Positions 41,573 to 51,765 of a DNA stretch of 62,975 bases are shown here, piece by piece (the first letter of the stretch is position 1; each line of letters opens with the position of its first letter). The DNA lies in NCBI GenBank assembly GCA_964450435.1, contig CAYVCX010000004.1, positions 32,982-95,956 on the forward strand. The letters run 5' to 3'. A program made the translations under genes and the position numbers. This DNA comes from an uncultured Anaerolineales bacterium (GTDB lineage: Bacteria; Chloroflexota; Anaerolineae; B4-G1). The notes under the pieces were generated by a model. The model did no database searches, was not told the DNA's origin, and saw only the letters and a program-made list of their open reading frames with translations.

Positions 41573-44500
41573 ATGTTTGACCCAGTGCCCAACCCTGTCG
41601 ACTTCGTCGCTCAGGAGAAGGACATCCTCCAGCTGTGGGAGGAGACACACGCCTTCCAGAAGCTTCTCGAACTACGGAAGGAAGGGCCCCGATGGTCCTT
41701 CATAGACGGGCCGATCACAGCCAACAACCCCATGGGTGTCCATCACGGCTGGGGCCGCACCTACAAGGATCTCTATCATCGGTACTGGGCGATGCGGGGT
41801 TACAAGACGCGCTACCAGAACGGCTTCGATTGCCAGGGTCTGTGGGTCGAGGTCGAGGTGGAAAAGGAGAAGGGCTTCGAGTCGAAACGGGATATTGAGG
41901 AGTACGGCGTTGATCGCTTTGTGCGCGATTGCAAACAGCGCGTCCTGCGCTATGCCGCCGTGCAGACCGAGCAATCGATCCGTCTGGGCTACTGGATGGA
42001 CTGGAATGATACCGATCAACTTCGCTGGCTGGCGAAGAAGATGGGGGAGAACCCAGAAGCGACGATCGGTGTCGAGGGACCTGGCGGCCAAGTTACGGAC
42101 ACGGTGGAGAACATCGTCGGCCGTCTTGGGCTTCCAGAGTTGGGGGGCTCCTACTTCACTTTCTCCAACGAGAATAACTACATGATCTGGACTATGCTGA
42201 AGCGCTGCTGGGAGCAGGGATGGCTGTACAAGGGCAGGGACGTCATGCCCTGGTGCCCCCGCTGCGCTACCGGCATCAGCCAGCACGAGATCGTTACCGA
42301 AGGGTACCGGGAACTCACCCACCCGAGTGTCACAGTCCGCTTCCCACTGCGCAGCCGAGAGGACGAGAGCCTGCTAGTTTGGACCACCACACCCTGGACC
42401 CTGACCAGCAACGTGCTTGCTGCCGTCGGCCCTGATCTGGCCTACGTCAAGGTCCGCCAGGACGGCCAGATTCTCTACCTTTCCAAGGCAGCACTGCCGA
42501 TTCTGGTGGGTGAATACGAGGTGCTGGAGGAAATGGACGGCAGGCAACTGGCAGGGCTCACGTATCACGGCCCGTTCGATGAACTCAAGGCCCAGCAGCG
42601 GATGGGTGGGCCACAGGCGCATCGAGTGATACTCTGGCAGGACGTGGATGAGGAAGAGGGCACCGGTATCGTGCACATCGCGCCGGGCTGCGGCGCCGAG
42701 GACTTCGCGCTGGGTCAGGAGCACGGCCTGCCCACGATCGCACCGCTGGACGAAGAAGGGATCTTTGTGGACGGCTTCGGCGCCTTCACCGGCACCGATG
42801 TCTCCAGCAGCGCTGAGCGTGTGTTCGAGAACCTCCGCCAAAAAGGATTGGTGTACAACGTCGCGGACTACACCCACCGCTATCCCGTCTGCTGGCGATG
42901 CAGCACGGAGCTCGTATTCCGGCTCGTTGACGAGTGGTTCATCTCGATGGACGAGCTCCGGCATGACATCATGGATGTGACCAGACAGATACGCTGGATC
43001 CCGTCGTTTGGCCTGGACCGAGAGCTGGACTGGCTGCGGAACATGCACGACTGGATGATCAGCAAGAAACGGTACTGGGGCCTGGCACTACCTATCTGGG
43101 AGTGTGGGGAGTGCGGTCATTTCGAGGTCATCGGAGACGAGCACGAGCTGGAGGACCGAGCAGTCCGTGGTTGGGAGTCGTTTGAGGGGCACACACCCCA
43201 CAAGCCGTGGATTGACCAAGTGCACATTGAGTGCCCACACTGTGGCGCGGAGGTTGAGCGCATCCCAGACGTTGGCAACCCGTGGCTGGACGCCGGTATC
43301 GTGAGCTTCAGCACCCTGCGCTATCGCACCGATCGCGATTACTGGCGCAGGTGGTATCCAGCTGATTGGATCAGTGAGTCGTTCCCTGGGCAATTCCGTA
43401 ATTGGTTCTACAGTCTCCTGGCAATGGCGACCGTGATAGATAATTCGCCTCCGTTCAAGACGTGCTTCTCGTACGCACTCCTTCTCGCCGAGGATGGACG
43501 AGAGATGCACAAGTCATGGGGCAATGCCATCGAGTTCAACGAAGCGGCCGATGAGATGGGCGTCGATGTGATGCGCTGGATGTACTGCGCTCACAAACCA
43601 GAGAAGAACCTCTTGTTTGGGTACAACAGAGCCGACGAGGTTCGTCGCCAGTTCATGATCCCTCTGTGGAACGTCTATGACTTCTTCGTTACGTATGCGA
43701 ACATCGATGAGTGGGAACCACACGATTCCTGGGATGAGATCAAACCGGAGCAGCCGTCGCTGCTGGATCGCTGGGTGCTGGCCCGCTTGAATCAGCTCAC
43801 TGCCGAGGCAAGTGACCGTCTCGAGAACTATGACGCCTACGCGACGACGATGGCGGTCGAGCAATTCCTCGATGACCTATCGAATTGGTACGTGCGGCGG
43901 AGCCGCCGTCGCTTCTGGAAGAGCGAGCAAGATGCGGACAAAGCCGCCGGGTACGCAACTCTCTACCGCGTTCTGACCACCCTGGTTCGACTGTTGGCCC
44001 CTATCTTGCCTTTCACTACGGAAGCGATGTACCAGAACCTCGTGCGCTCGGTGGACAATGACGCACTCAAAAGCGTTCATCACACGTTATGGCCAGAGGG
44101 GGGTGCCCAGGAAATAGACGAAGACCTCCTGTCGCAGATGGCACTGGCCCGGGAGATAGTGACCCAGGGGCACTCGGCTCGCAACGCCCAGGGGCTCAAA
44201 CTACGCCAGCCTCTGTCTCGCGCACTGGTCCATCTGGACAGAGGTGCGGACCGGCTCGACGGCGCGCTGGTCGACCTAGTGCAGGATGAACTGAATGTGA
44301 AGCAAGTCACTTTTGCCACCAAGATGAGCGATCTCGTGACCTATCGCCTAGTGCCCGATGGCGAGAAGCTGGGGCCACGTCTTCGGAATCAGTTTCCCGC
44401 GGTAAGGGCAGCCCTAGAGTCGATCAAAGACCCGGTAGAGGCGGTGAGACGACTGCGCGCTGATCTCCCGATCGAGGTAGAAGTCGATGGAAGGACTGTC

Positions 44501-44878
44501 GAGCTTAGCTCCGACGAGGTGCATATCCGGGAAGAGCCCCGGGAAGGGCTTGCCGTGGCGTCGGAGCACGGTGTGACCGTTGCCCTGGACATCAAACTCA
44601 CCCGAGGCCTTCTGGCGGAAGGCCTGGCCCGAGACGTGGTGCGCCGGGTACAGAGTTTGCGCAAGGAGGCAGACTTCGAGCTTGACGATCGAATTATTAC
44701 CACATATCAAGCGGAGGCGGGACTCGTTGACGCGATTGAGGCGTGGCAGGAGTACATCGCTGCCGAGACGCTCAGTGTGGAACTGAGGCAGGGCCCGCCG
44801 GACGAGAACAAGGCTGATGCTCTTATCGAGGATCAGGTGGAGGGCTACTGGCTGAAGCTCAGCGTGCGAAAGGCGTAG
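41573..44878 (+). CDS. ileS: Isoleucine--tRNA ligase (type 2-like)
   Basis: DGPITAN, GFDCQGL, WTTTPWTL, GTGIVHIAPG, ISKKRYWG, EMHKS, LSNWYVRRSRRRFW; Ile T-box upstream. Confidence 0.96.
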   Translation: MFDPVPNPVDFVAQEKDILQLWEETHAFQKLLELRKEGPRWSFIDGPITANNPMGVHHGWGRTYKDLYHRYWAMRGYKTRYQNGFDCQGLWVEVEVEKEKGFESKRDIEEYGVDRFVRDCKQRVLRYAAVQTEQSIRLGYWMDWNDTDQLRWLAKKMGENPEATIGVEGPGGQVTDTVENIVGRLGLPELGGSYFTFSNENNYMIWTMLKRCWEQGWLYKGRDVMPWCPRCATGISQHEIVTEGYRELTHPSVTVRFPLRSREDESLLVWTTTPWTLTSNVLAAVGPDLAYVKVRQDGQILYLSKAALPILVGEYEVLEEMDGRQLAGLTYHGPFDELKAQQRMGGPQAHRVILWQDVDEEEGTGIVHIAPGCGAEDFALGQEHGLPTIAPLDEEGIFVDGFGAFTGTDVSSSAERVFENLRQKGLVYNVADYTHRYPVCWRCSTELVFRLVDEWFISMDELRHDIMDVTRQIRWIPSFGLDRELDWLRNMHDWMISKKRYWGLALPIWECGECGHFEVIGDEHELEDRAVRGWESFEGHTPHKPWIDQVHIECPHCGAEVERIPDVGNPWLDAGIVSFSTLRYRTDRDYWRRWYPADWISESFPGQFRNWFYSLLAMATVIDNSPPFKTCFSYALLLAEDGREMHKSWGNAIEFNEAADEMGVDVMRWMYCAHKPEKNLLFGYNRADEVRRQFMIPLWNVYDFFVTYANIDEWEPHDSWDEIKPEQPSLLDRWVLARLNQLTAEASDRLENYDAYATTMAVEQFLDDLSNWYVRRSRRRFWKSEQDADKAAGYATLYRVLTTLVRLLAPILPFTTEAMYQNLVRSVDNDALKSVHHTLWPEGGAQEIDEDLLSQMALAREIVTQGHSARNAQGLKLRQPLSRALVHLDRGADRLDGALVDLVQDELNVKQVTFATKMSDLVTYRLVPDGEKLGPRLRNQFPAVRAALESIKDPVEAVRRLRADLPIEVEVDGRTVELSSDEVHIREEPREGLAVASEHGVTVALDIKLTRGLLAEGLARDVVRRVQSLRKEADFELDDRIITTYQAEAGLVDAIEAWQEYIAAETLSVELRQGPPDENKADALIEDQVEGYWLKLSVRKA

Positions 44879-44904
44879 CCGGATGCGTATTGATGCAGCG
44901 GCGG

Positions 44905-45061
44905 GACTGTTGAACAAGTCATTGGGAAACAGATTGGTGGGAGCGTACATGCCGCCGAAGCTGGATCCCGCAGCAAAGCAGGTCCATTTGCAGCCCGATT
45001 CGGTTCGAATGTGAGTCTCGCATGGGCAGAGACCGGTTGGGGGGAGACTTCTTCAACACTC
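44905..45061. mobile_element. Degenerate MITE/IS scar with IS1182/IS5-like ends
   Basis: GACTGTTGAACAAGTC (44905-44920) and GACTTCTTCAACACTC (45046-45061) form a 14/16 inverted repeat; no clear TSD. Confidence 0.45.
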
Positions 45062-45254
45062 ACACCAACATTACTTGTCCAGTCCCATCGAGTGGGGTAG
45101 AATAAGAGGTCGATTGAGAGCAGTGACTACGCCAGCCCAAGGGTATCGAGGAAAGAGCAATCCTGGTGATGGCCCACGGAGGTCCGCAGCACCGGTCGAA
45201 GCTGAGAGTGAGACGATCGAGCCCTCACAGACACCAGCAAGGAAGGAGGCGGGA

Positions 45255-45608
45255 ATGCCTTTCTCGTACGAAAGAGCAAGACGTGAGCTGATGGAAGAGA
45301 AAGAAGCGCTTCGAGAGCAACTGGAGCAGCTTCGGAACGAGGAGTACGAAGGCGTCGGTTATGGCAACCATATGGCCGACGACGGGAGCGAAGCTTTCAA
45401 GCAGACTGTCGACATAGGGTTTCGCCGCCGCATCGAACTCTCGATGAAGCGAGTGAATGAGGCACTGGGCAAACTTGAGGACGGAACCTACGGTATCTGC
45501 GAGGACTGCGGTGGCCGCATCGACCGCGCTCGCCTGGAGGCACTCCCACAAGCAGTCTATTGTCTTGACTGCCAGGCGGAACACGAGTATAGGGGATTGC
45601 CCCATTGA
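45255..45608 (+). CDS. TraR/DksA C4-type zinc finger protein
   Basis: NHMADDGSE coiled-coil tip, GTYGICEDCG, RLEALP...CLDC; AAGGAGG RBS. Confidence 0.9.
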   Translation: MPFSYERARRELMEEKEALREQLEQLRNEEYEGVGYGNHMADDGSEAFKQTVDIGFRRRIELSMKRVNEALGKLEDGTYGICEDCGGRIDRARLEALPQAVYCLDCQAEHEYRGLPH

Positions 45609-46135
45609 GGCAAGGAGAGCGGGTATCACCGATATTGCCGGCAGGGGCAGCGTTCGTCTTGCTCGCTGACCAGGCTGCCAAGCAAGCGGTCAGGGCAAAC
45701 CTAAGACTGGGACAGTCGATAGACCTGGTTCCCTGGATCGCCTCAGTTTTTCGGGTCACATACGTGACAAACAGCGGTGCGGCCTTCGGGTTGTTTCCTG
45801 GCTGGAGCCAGTTTCTTGTCCTCATCGCCCTGGTTGTGATCGTCGCTCTAGTCTGGTACTCACTGCACCTTCCGACTGACCTCTGGCTGATTCAGCTCTC
45901 GCTGAGCCTGCAACTGGGTGGAGCCACCAGCAATCTTGTCGATCGGCTCCGCTTCGGTGGGTTTGTCGTGGACTTTATCGACCTCAGTTTCTGGCCTCTG
46001 CGCCGATGGCCGGTCTTCAACCTGGCGGACGCCTCCATCGTGGGGGGCGTCACTCTACTGACACTGCTTATGCTCTGGGAAGAGCGGCGCGACACACGTG
46101 GGAACAGGCGGCTAGCCACGGCGCAGGATGACTGA
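45605..46135 (+). CDS. lspA: Lipoprotein signal peptidase II
   Basis: DQ..K, N.GAAFG, GGA.SNL.DR, VVDFI, FNLAD. Confidence 0.93.
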   Translation: MRQGERVSPILPAGAAFVLLADQAAKQAVRANLRLGQSIDLVPWIASVFRVTYVTNSGAAFGLFPGWSQFLVLIALVVIVALVWYSLHLPTDLWLIQLSLSLQLGGATSNLVDRLRFGGFVVDFIDLSFWPLRRWPVFNLADASIVGGVTLLTLLMLWEERRDTRGNRRLATAQDD

Positions 46136-47120
46136 GTTGCCGGACCTCTCGCAACGCGAGTCCTGCTCCTTCCCTGTTGCTGCGGAGGAGCGTGGCAAGC
46201 GGCTGGACAAGGTAGTGCGCAACCGCGTGCCCAATCTCAGCCGCAGCCAAGGGCAACGCCTAATCGCAGCGGGGCAGGTGACCGTAGACGGGCACCCCCG
46301 CAAGCCGGCGTACCGCGTGGCACCGGGCGAAGAAGTGACCGTCATCCTGCCTCCGGAGGAGCCACGCCGCCCGATCGTCCCCGAGGACATTCCGCTCGAC
46401 GTCCTGCACGAGGACGAACACCTGCTTGTGGTCAATAAGCCTGCAGGCCTGGTGGTGCATCCCGGCCCGGGCCACCGAGACGGCACCCTCGTCAACGCAC
46501 TGCTCTTCCACTATCCGGCCATTGAGGATGTCGGGCCGCCTGATCGCGCGGGGATCGTACACCGTCTTGACCAGGAGACGTCGGGTGTGCTAGTCGTCGC
46601 GAAGAATCAAGCTGCTCTGGAATCACTTCAGGAGTCATTCCGGAATCGCGAAGTTGAGAAGGCATATCTTGCCCTGGTGAACGGAAGGGTCGAACCTGAC
46701 GAAGGCATCATTGAGGTCCCCATAGGCCGTGACCCAGAGGCTCGACAGAAGATGGCCCCCCTTCCCGACGGCAAATACGGCCGCACACGGTTCCGAATCG
46801 TGCGCCGGTATCGCAAGCACACGCTGCTGGAGGTACATCCATATACGGGCCGGACGCATCAAGTGCGGGTACACGTATCCTGGCTCGGTCACCCGGTGGT
46901 GGGGGACGCTGTCTATGGACACCGGCATCAGCCGCTCCTCGAGGCTCGTCATTTCTTGCACGCATCTGAGCTCACCCTGACTCACCCCGCCACGCACGAG
47001 GAGATGACCTTCGAAGCCCCAATGCCGCCGGAACTCCACGAGGTGCTGGGTCGACTGCGCCCCGGGACATCAAAGAGGCGGACCGGCCCCTCCGCAGCAG
47101 GCTATCAACGAGACGACTGA
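46128..47120 (+). CDS. rluD: RluA/RluD-family pseudouridine synthase with S4 domain
   Basis: RLDK, NKPAGLVVHP, GIVHRLDQETSG, TGRTHQ.RVH. Confidence 0.92.
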   Translation: MTELPDLSQRESCSFPVAAEERGKRLDKVVRNRVPNLSRSQGQRLIAAGQVTVDGHPRKPAYRVAPGEEVTVILPPEEPRRPIVPEDIPLDVLHEDEHLLVVNKPAGLVVHPGPGHRDGTLVNALLFHYPAIEDVGPPDRAGIVHRLDQETSGVLVVAKNQAALESLQESFRNREVEKAYLALVNGRVEPDEGIIEVPIGRDPEARQKMAPLPDGKYGRTRFRIVRRYRKHTLLEVHPYTGRTHQVRVHVSWLGHPVVGDAVYGHRHQPLLEARHFLHASELTLTHPATHEEMTFEAPMPPELHEVLGRLRPGTSKRRTGPSAAGYQRDD

Positions 47121-47208
47121 GCCCAATACTGAAGGTTGCGTCGGCAAGGATACACGTGATGGCGTCCTGCGTGTTCGAATCGACAACAACCGGGTGAAAG
47201 TACGCCAG

Positions 47209-48513
47209 ATGGACATTCCCACGGCATCCCAGATCGAGTGCCAGCTTCGCAGCCGCCGCACGCCGGATCTGCCAGATCACTTCATCCTGCCAGACTACTC
47301 TGGCCATTCAGTCGCCAACATCGCCCCGACCATCGCGCGGATCTTCGATGTCCGCCTGCCCGGGTCAGCCCCACCGCTGCCCAAGGATCTCTGGTTCGAC
47401 CTGGCTCTCGACGTCGACTGTGTCATCTTGCTGCTCGTCGATGCCGTCGGCTACCTCCAGCTCAGGAAGTACATGGCGAATGAGATATCGCTGTTCACCC
47501 AGTTGGCTCTCGAAGGACGGCTGCTGCCCATTACTTCTGTTTTCCCCTCGACTACCGTCTCCGCTTTGACTTCGATCTGGACCGGGCGGGCTCCGCTCGG
47601 ACACGGTTTCGTGGGTACCAAGCTCCTGCTGCCAAAGCAAGGAGTCCTTGCTAATATGCTGAAGATGGCTCCTGCCACGTATGGTGGAGGCAGCAGCCTC
47701 GAGGAGTGGGGATGGGAAGCGGACCGTTTTGTCACGGCGCCGAGCCTGCCCCAGCGGTTGACTGCAGCCGGGGTAGCCACGATAGCCCACATCCCGCGGC
47801 ATTTCCTGGGCAGCCCTCTCACCCGCATCTTCTTGCGCGGGATGGGCGATCTGAACGGATATCTCGACCTGAGCGACCTGTGGATCAACCTCCGCACGAC
47901 ACTCAAGACGCAGCCTAAGGCCCAGCCGGTCTTCGTGGACGTCTACTGGAGCGGGATAGACGACACAGGGCACACGTATGGCACGGAGGACGAGTACATT
48001 TCGTCGGCGCTCCAGCACCTCGCCCGCTCGCTACAAGAGGATTTCGTATCGACTCTCGGCCCGGAGACGCGCGACAGCACGTTGCTCATCATAGCCGCTG
48101 ATCACGGCCAGGTCGCGACGCCCCCGGAGCGGGTGGTCCACCTGCCCGACCACCCCGGCCTGCAGCAGACCCTGCTCCTCCCTCCCGCCGGCGAATCTCG
48201 GGCGGCCTATCTCTACGCCCGCCCGGGGCAGAAACGCGCTCTGCAGGCCTACGTCGACGCACATCTCGGGGAGCACTTCGTGCTCCTTGATACGGAACGG
48301 GGATTGGAGGCTGGGCTCTGGGGCCAGCCCGGGGAGATTACGCCGGGGCTCCGCGCACGGCTGGGTGACGTGGTCCTTGTCGCCAGGACCGACGCTCGCC
48401 TGTCGTCGCGAGGCAAAGAGGATGAAGGAGATCCACTGCGGGGTCACCACGGCAGCCTCACGCCCGAGGAGATGCTCGTTCCGTTGTTGATGGTCCGCCT
48501 CGACGAGTTGTAG
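47209..48513 (+). CDS. Alkaline phosphatase superfamily (nucleotide pyrophosphatase-like) protein
   Basis: LVDAVG, SVFPSTT, D..GH.YG, ADHG, GHHGSLT..EM.VP. Confidence 0.88.
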   Translation: MDIPTASQIECQLRSRRTPDLPDHFILPDYSGHSVANIAPTIARIFDVRLPGSAPPLPKDLWFDLALDVDCVILLLVDAVGYLQLRKYMANEISLFTQLALEGRLLPITSVFPSTTVSALTSIWTGRAPLGHGFVGTKLLLPKQGVLANMLKMAPATYGGGSSLEEWGWEADRFVTAPSLPQRLTAAGVATIAHIPRHFLGSPLTRIFLRGMGDLNGYLDLSDLWINLRTTLKTQPKAQPVFVDVYWSGIDDTGHTYGTEDEYISSALQHLARSLQEDFVSTLGPETRDSTLLIIAADHGQVATPPERVVHLPDHPGLQQTLLLPPAGESRAAYLYARPGQKRALQAYVDAHLGEHFVLLDTERGLEAGLWGQPGEITPGLRARLGDVVLVARTDARLSSRGKEDEGDPLRGHHGSLTPEEMLVPLLMVRLDEL

Positions 48514-48585
48514 CACTGCGGCGGTCTCGCCGGAAGAGCCTTGGCCCCGGATGTTGAGAGCCGATGTCTTTTCCCCGCCGGATGA

Positions 48586-49605
48586 TCACCACCGACGGTT
48601 CAGCAAATCCTCTGCTAACTCCCGCAACGCGTGCACCGCCGACCCACGCAGGCCAGCCTGCTCCAGCGCGGTCACTGCCGCCTCATGGTATCCGAGCGCC
48701 AATCCCTCGGTGTGCTGGCGGCTGCCCACCTGCTCCATCAAGTGCCGTGCCCGGCGCACGTCATCACTGGATGGACTGTCCCGCTCCAGGAGCTTGCGCA
48801 GCTCCGCGCTCCTCCCCAGTCCATGCAAGAGCGGCAAGGTCTTCTTCTCCCGCGCAATATCGGCGCCCACCGGCTTGCCCGTGACGGCCGTATCGCCCCA
48901 GATTCCCAGGATGTCGTCAAAGAGTTGAAAAGCAAGCCCCAGATTGCGACCGAAAGCGTGTAGCTGATCGCGTTGCTCGGCAGATGCATCTGCAACCAGA
49001 GCCCCCAACTCGCAGGAACACGCGACCAGAGCTGCCGTCTTCCCTCCGACCATCGACACGTAGTCCTGAACAGAGACTTCGCTGTCCCGCTCGAATCTCA
49101 GGTCGAGGTACTGTCCCCCGGTGATCGCAACACATGATCGGTTGAACAGCCTCACAGCCTGCACCACCGCTTCTGAAGGGACTCCTCGTTGGCCCAGTCG
49201 CAGCAGAGCCAGCTGAGAGAGGGCAAACAACGTGTCCCCGGCGTTGATCGCCTGTGCCTCGCCCCAGATCGACCAGAGGGCTGGCCGCCCCCGGCGCGTC
49301 GCATCCTGGTCCTCGATGTCGTCGTGAATGAGCGTGAAGTTGTGCAAGAGCTCAACGGCGCTCGCCGCCGGCAGGGCTGCCTCCCAGTGCCCGCCGCTCG
49401 CCTCGCAGGCAAGCAGGCACAGAGTCGGCCGTACGCGCTTGCCGGAGCGTGCGTCGCAGGGCACGAACTCAGCGTCGACCCAACCGAGGTGGTACTGCAA
49501 CATGCCGAGCAACCTCGGAGGGCGATCATCAGCGCAGTGCACAACGGCACGCATTTCGTCTTCCAGAGCCCGAGCGTAGCGACTTACGATACCATCAACA
49601 GACAT
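48586..49605 (-). CDS. Polyprenyl (geranylgeranyl-type) diphosphate synthase
   Basis: GKRVRP, FARM FTLIHDDIED, RRG, KT, SARM FQLFDDILG. Confidence 0.92.
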   Translation of the reverse strand: MSVDGIVSRYARALEDEMRAVVHCADDRPPRLLGMLQYHLGWVDAEFVPCDARSGKRVRPTLCLLACEASGGHWEAALPAASAVELLHNFTLIHDDIEDQDATRRGRPALWSIWGEAQAINAGDTLFALSQLALLRLGQRGVPSEAVVQAVRLFNRSCVAITGGQYLDLRFERDSEVSVQDYVSMVGGKTAALVACSCELGALVADASAEQRDQLHAFGRNLGLAFQLFDDILGIWGDTAVTGKPVGADIAREKKTLPLLHGLGRSAELRKLLERDSPSSDDVRRARHLMEQVGSRQHTEGLALGYHEAAVTALEQAGLRGSAVHALRELAEDLLNRRW

Positions 49606-50701
49606 TCGTCTCGTCCCCGAGTCCGGATCGCCGGCTCTCCCGATGGCTCACCGACTCGAGTGACAGAGCCGCAAGCGCCTCCACGTCTCCTGCTCCGGCG
49701 GCAAACATCGCGATCCGGAGCTGAGCAATGAGGACATCGATCAACTCGGCGACGGCGCCTGGGGAGTCAACTGCGGCTCGCAGAAAGGGCTGCGCCACAC
49801 CGCAGGCCGTCGCCCCGAGGGCGATCGCCTTGGCAATCTGAATCCCGTCGCGAATCCCACCGCTGGCCAGGACGGGAAGAGCGGGTGCCCCGCGTCGCAC
49901 CATCAGCAGGCTTTCGGCAGTGGGGATCCCCCAGCCAACGAAGGCCTGCGCAACCCGTCGCTGGTGGTCGGTAACGGCCCGATGCATCTCCACCTGGCTC
50001 CAGCAGCTACCACCAGAGCCGGCCACATCGATGGCCGACACACCAATGTCTGCAAGTTGTCGGGCCACGTGCTCCGAGATGCCCCACCCCACTTCCTTCA
50101 CCACAACCGGCACGTTGATGAATCGGCACACAGTCTCGATCTTAGCCAGCAGCCCAGCAAAGGCCGTGTTCCCCTCGGGCTGAAGTGCTTCCTGCAGGGG
50201 ATTCAAATGCAAGACGAGGGCATCCGCCTCGATCATATCCACCGCGCGGCGGCATTCATCGACGCCGTAGCCATAGTTCAGTTGCACGGCACCGAGGTTG
50301 GCCAGGAGGAGGACATCTGGCGCCAGGTCTCGGACCCGGTAGGTATCCTCCAAGGCGGGATGCTCGATGGCCGCGCGCTGTGAGCCAAGCCCCATCCCGA
50401 TCCCGGCGTGCTGGGCTGCCTGAGCCAGACGACGGTTGATCATCCTGGCCTGCGGTGTTCCTCCCGTCATCGGCGAGATAACTAGCGGGGCGGTAAGTCG
50501 TCTCCCGAGAAGGTCCGTCGTCGTGTCGACGTCCTTCAGATCGACGTCGGGCAGTGCCTGGTGGAGAAGGCAGTAGCGCGCAAAGCCGGGAGATGTCTCC
50601 GCGCATGCAACCTCCTCTTCCAAGTTGATGCGGAGGTGGTCAGACTTCCGCTGTTGATGCTGTTGGTGTATGGAGTTCTTCACTCTGGCCACCGTAACCA
50701 C
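49595..50701 (-). CDS. fni: Type 2 isopentenyl-diphosphate isomerase
   Basis: RKSDH, MTGG, GSQR, HLNPLQE..QPEG, KEVGWG, ASGGIR; exact start uncertain. Confidence 0.93.
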   Translation of the reverse strand: MVTVARVKNSIHQQHQQRKSDHLRINLEEEVACAETSPGFARYCLLHQALPDVDLKDVDTTTDLLGRRLTAPLVISPMTGGTPQARMINRRLAQAAQHAGIGMGLGSQRAAIEHPALEDTYRVRDLAPDVLLLANLGAVQLNYGYGVDECRRAVDMIEADALVLHLNPLQEALQPEGNTAFAGLLAKIETVCRFINVPVVVKEVGWGISEHVARQLADIGVSAIDVAGSGGSCWSQVEMHRAVTDHQRRVAQAFVGWGIPTAESLLMVRRGAPALPVLASGGIRDGIQIAKAIALGATACGVAQPFLRAAVDSPGAVAELIDVLIAQLRIAMFAAGAGDVEALAALSLESVSHRESRRSGLGDETNVC

Positions 50702-50730
50702 TGGGGGTACATCGTGTTATTATGAGCGGT

Positions 50731-50809
50731 ATGATACCCGCGCGCCACCAGGTTGTCAACCAGGGTGGCCCTTCCCAACGGTTGACAAACCCCGTCACGG
50801 AGGTAGAAT
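50731..50809. promoter_or_regulatory. Back-to-back sigma70 promoters for fni (-) and acpP (+)
   Basis: Minus strand TTGACA-N17-TATCAT (50731-50759); plus strand TTGACA-N16-TAGAAT (50782-50809). Confidence 0.7.
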
Positions 50810-50853
50810 AGCTCGACACGAAGAGAACTAGAACGCACAAAGGAGGCAGTACA

Positions 50854-51096
50854 ATGGCAAACACATTTGAGGAAGTGCAGAAGATCATCGTCGATCTCTT
50901 GGGTGTGAAGCCCGAGGAGGTCACGCGAGACGCCAATTTCCGGGAGGATCTTGGAGCAGACTCTCTCGACCTGGTCGAGTTGATCATGGAGTTTGAGGAC
51001 ACCTTCGGTGGCACCATCTCCGATGAAGAGGCACAGCAGATCGAGACGGTTGGTCAGGCTGTGGACTACGTCGAGCAGCGTATGCAGGCGGACTGA
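50854..51096 (+). CDS. acpP: Acyl carrier protein
   Basis: [16 protein letters not shown]; AAGGAGG RBS. Confidence 0.96.
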   Translation: MANTFEEVQKIIVDLLGVKPEEVTRDANFREDLGADSLDLVELIMEFEDTFGGTISDEEAQQIETVGQAVDYVEQRMQAD

Positions 51097-51183
51097 GGAG
51101 CAACTGCTGCAAGAGAGCATGAGTCGTTTCGAGGGCAAATAGGGATATTCCTCCTCTGGCTGCTCGCCGTTGCGACCGACATC

Positions 51184-51214
51184 AAGACCGCCGGTTCAGG
51201 CCGGGGGTCTTTTG
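51184..51214 (+). terminator. Probable intrinsic terminator after acpP
   Basis: AAGACCGCCGG-TTCAGG-CCGGGGGTCTT followed by T-rich sequence. Confidence 0.55.
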
Positions 51215-51325
51215 CTTTGGGGTCTTTTGTGTTATACTCCGAGCATTCGAAGCCGGTCATCACGGACCAGGCATCAAACTGGTTGTGGTTACAGGCGGAG
51301 TTCTATATATGGGAGGAAGAACCAT

Positions 51326-51520
51326 ATGGAGTGCCGGATCGAAGAGAACCGAGCCGATTGTGCGTGCACCTATGAGCCTTGCTCGCGGAAGGGCAAGTGC
51401 TGCGAGTGCATAAGCTACCATTGGCAGCACAGGGAGTTGCCGGGTTGTCTGTTTCCGCCGGACGCGGAGCGCAGCTATGATCGTTCGCTTTCCCACTTCC
51501 TGCGCATCCACGGTCGCTAG
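51326..51520 (+). CDS. Small Cys-rich protein (DUF6485-like)
   Basis: C.CTY.PC.RKG.CC.C..YH....LP.C.F; GGAGG RBS. Confidence 0.78.
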   Translation: MECRIEENRADCACTYEPCSRKGKCCECISYHWQHRELPGCLFPPDAERSYDRSLSHFLRIHGR

Positions 51521-51765
51521 CAACCGTCTTAGCGTGGCAGACGGCAACCTGGTCTGCCACAGGAAGGGGAGCCTGACTCATGCCACGCAGGCACCTCGGA
51601 AGCTTGCCGACGGACTTGGAAGTGGATCTGTGCAGTAGCACCGTTCACACAGCTAGGATATCATGACCTACCATCAGACCGGGTCAGTGGTGGCGTTGCC
51701 GACAGACAATCCGGGGAATCAGACCTGGAAGAAGGGGACCGACTGGTCCTAAGGAGCCCCAGCCA

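Noticed and set aside
51520-51765. Possible riboswitch upstream of DUF2207 (hairpin GTGGCAGAC/GTCTGCCAC)
   Set aside because: A single hairpin right after the upstream stop codon, with no recognisable aptamer consensus; more likely a terminator-like element
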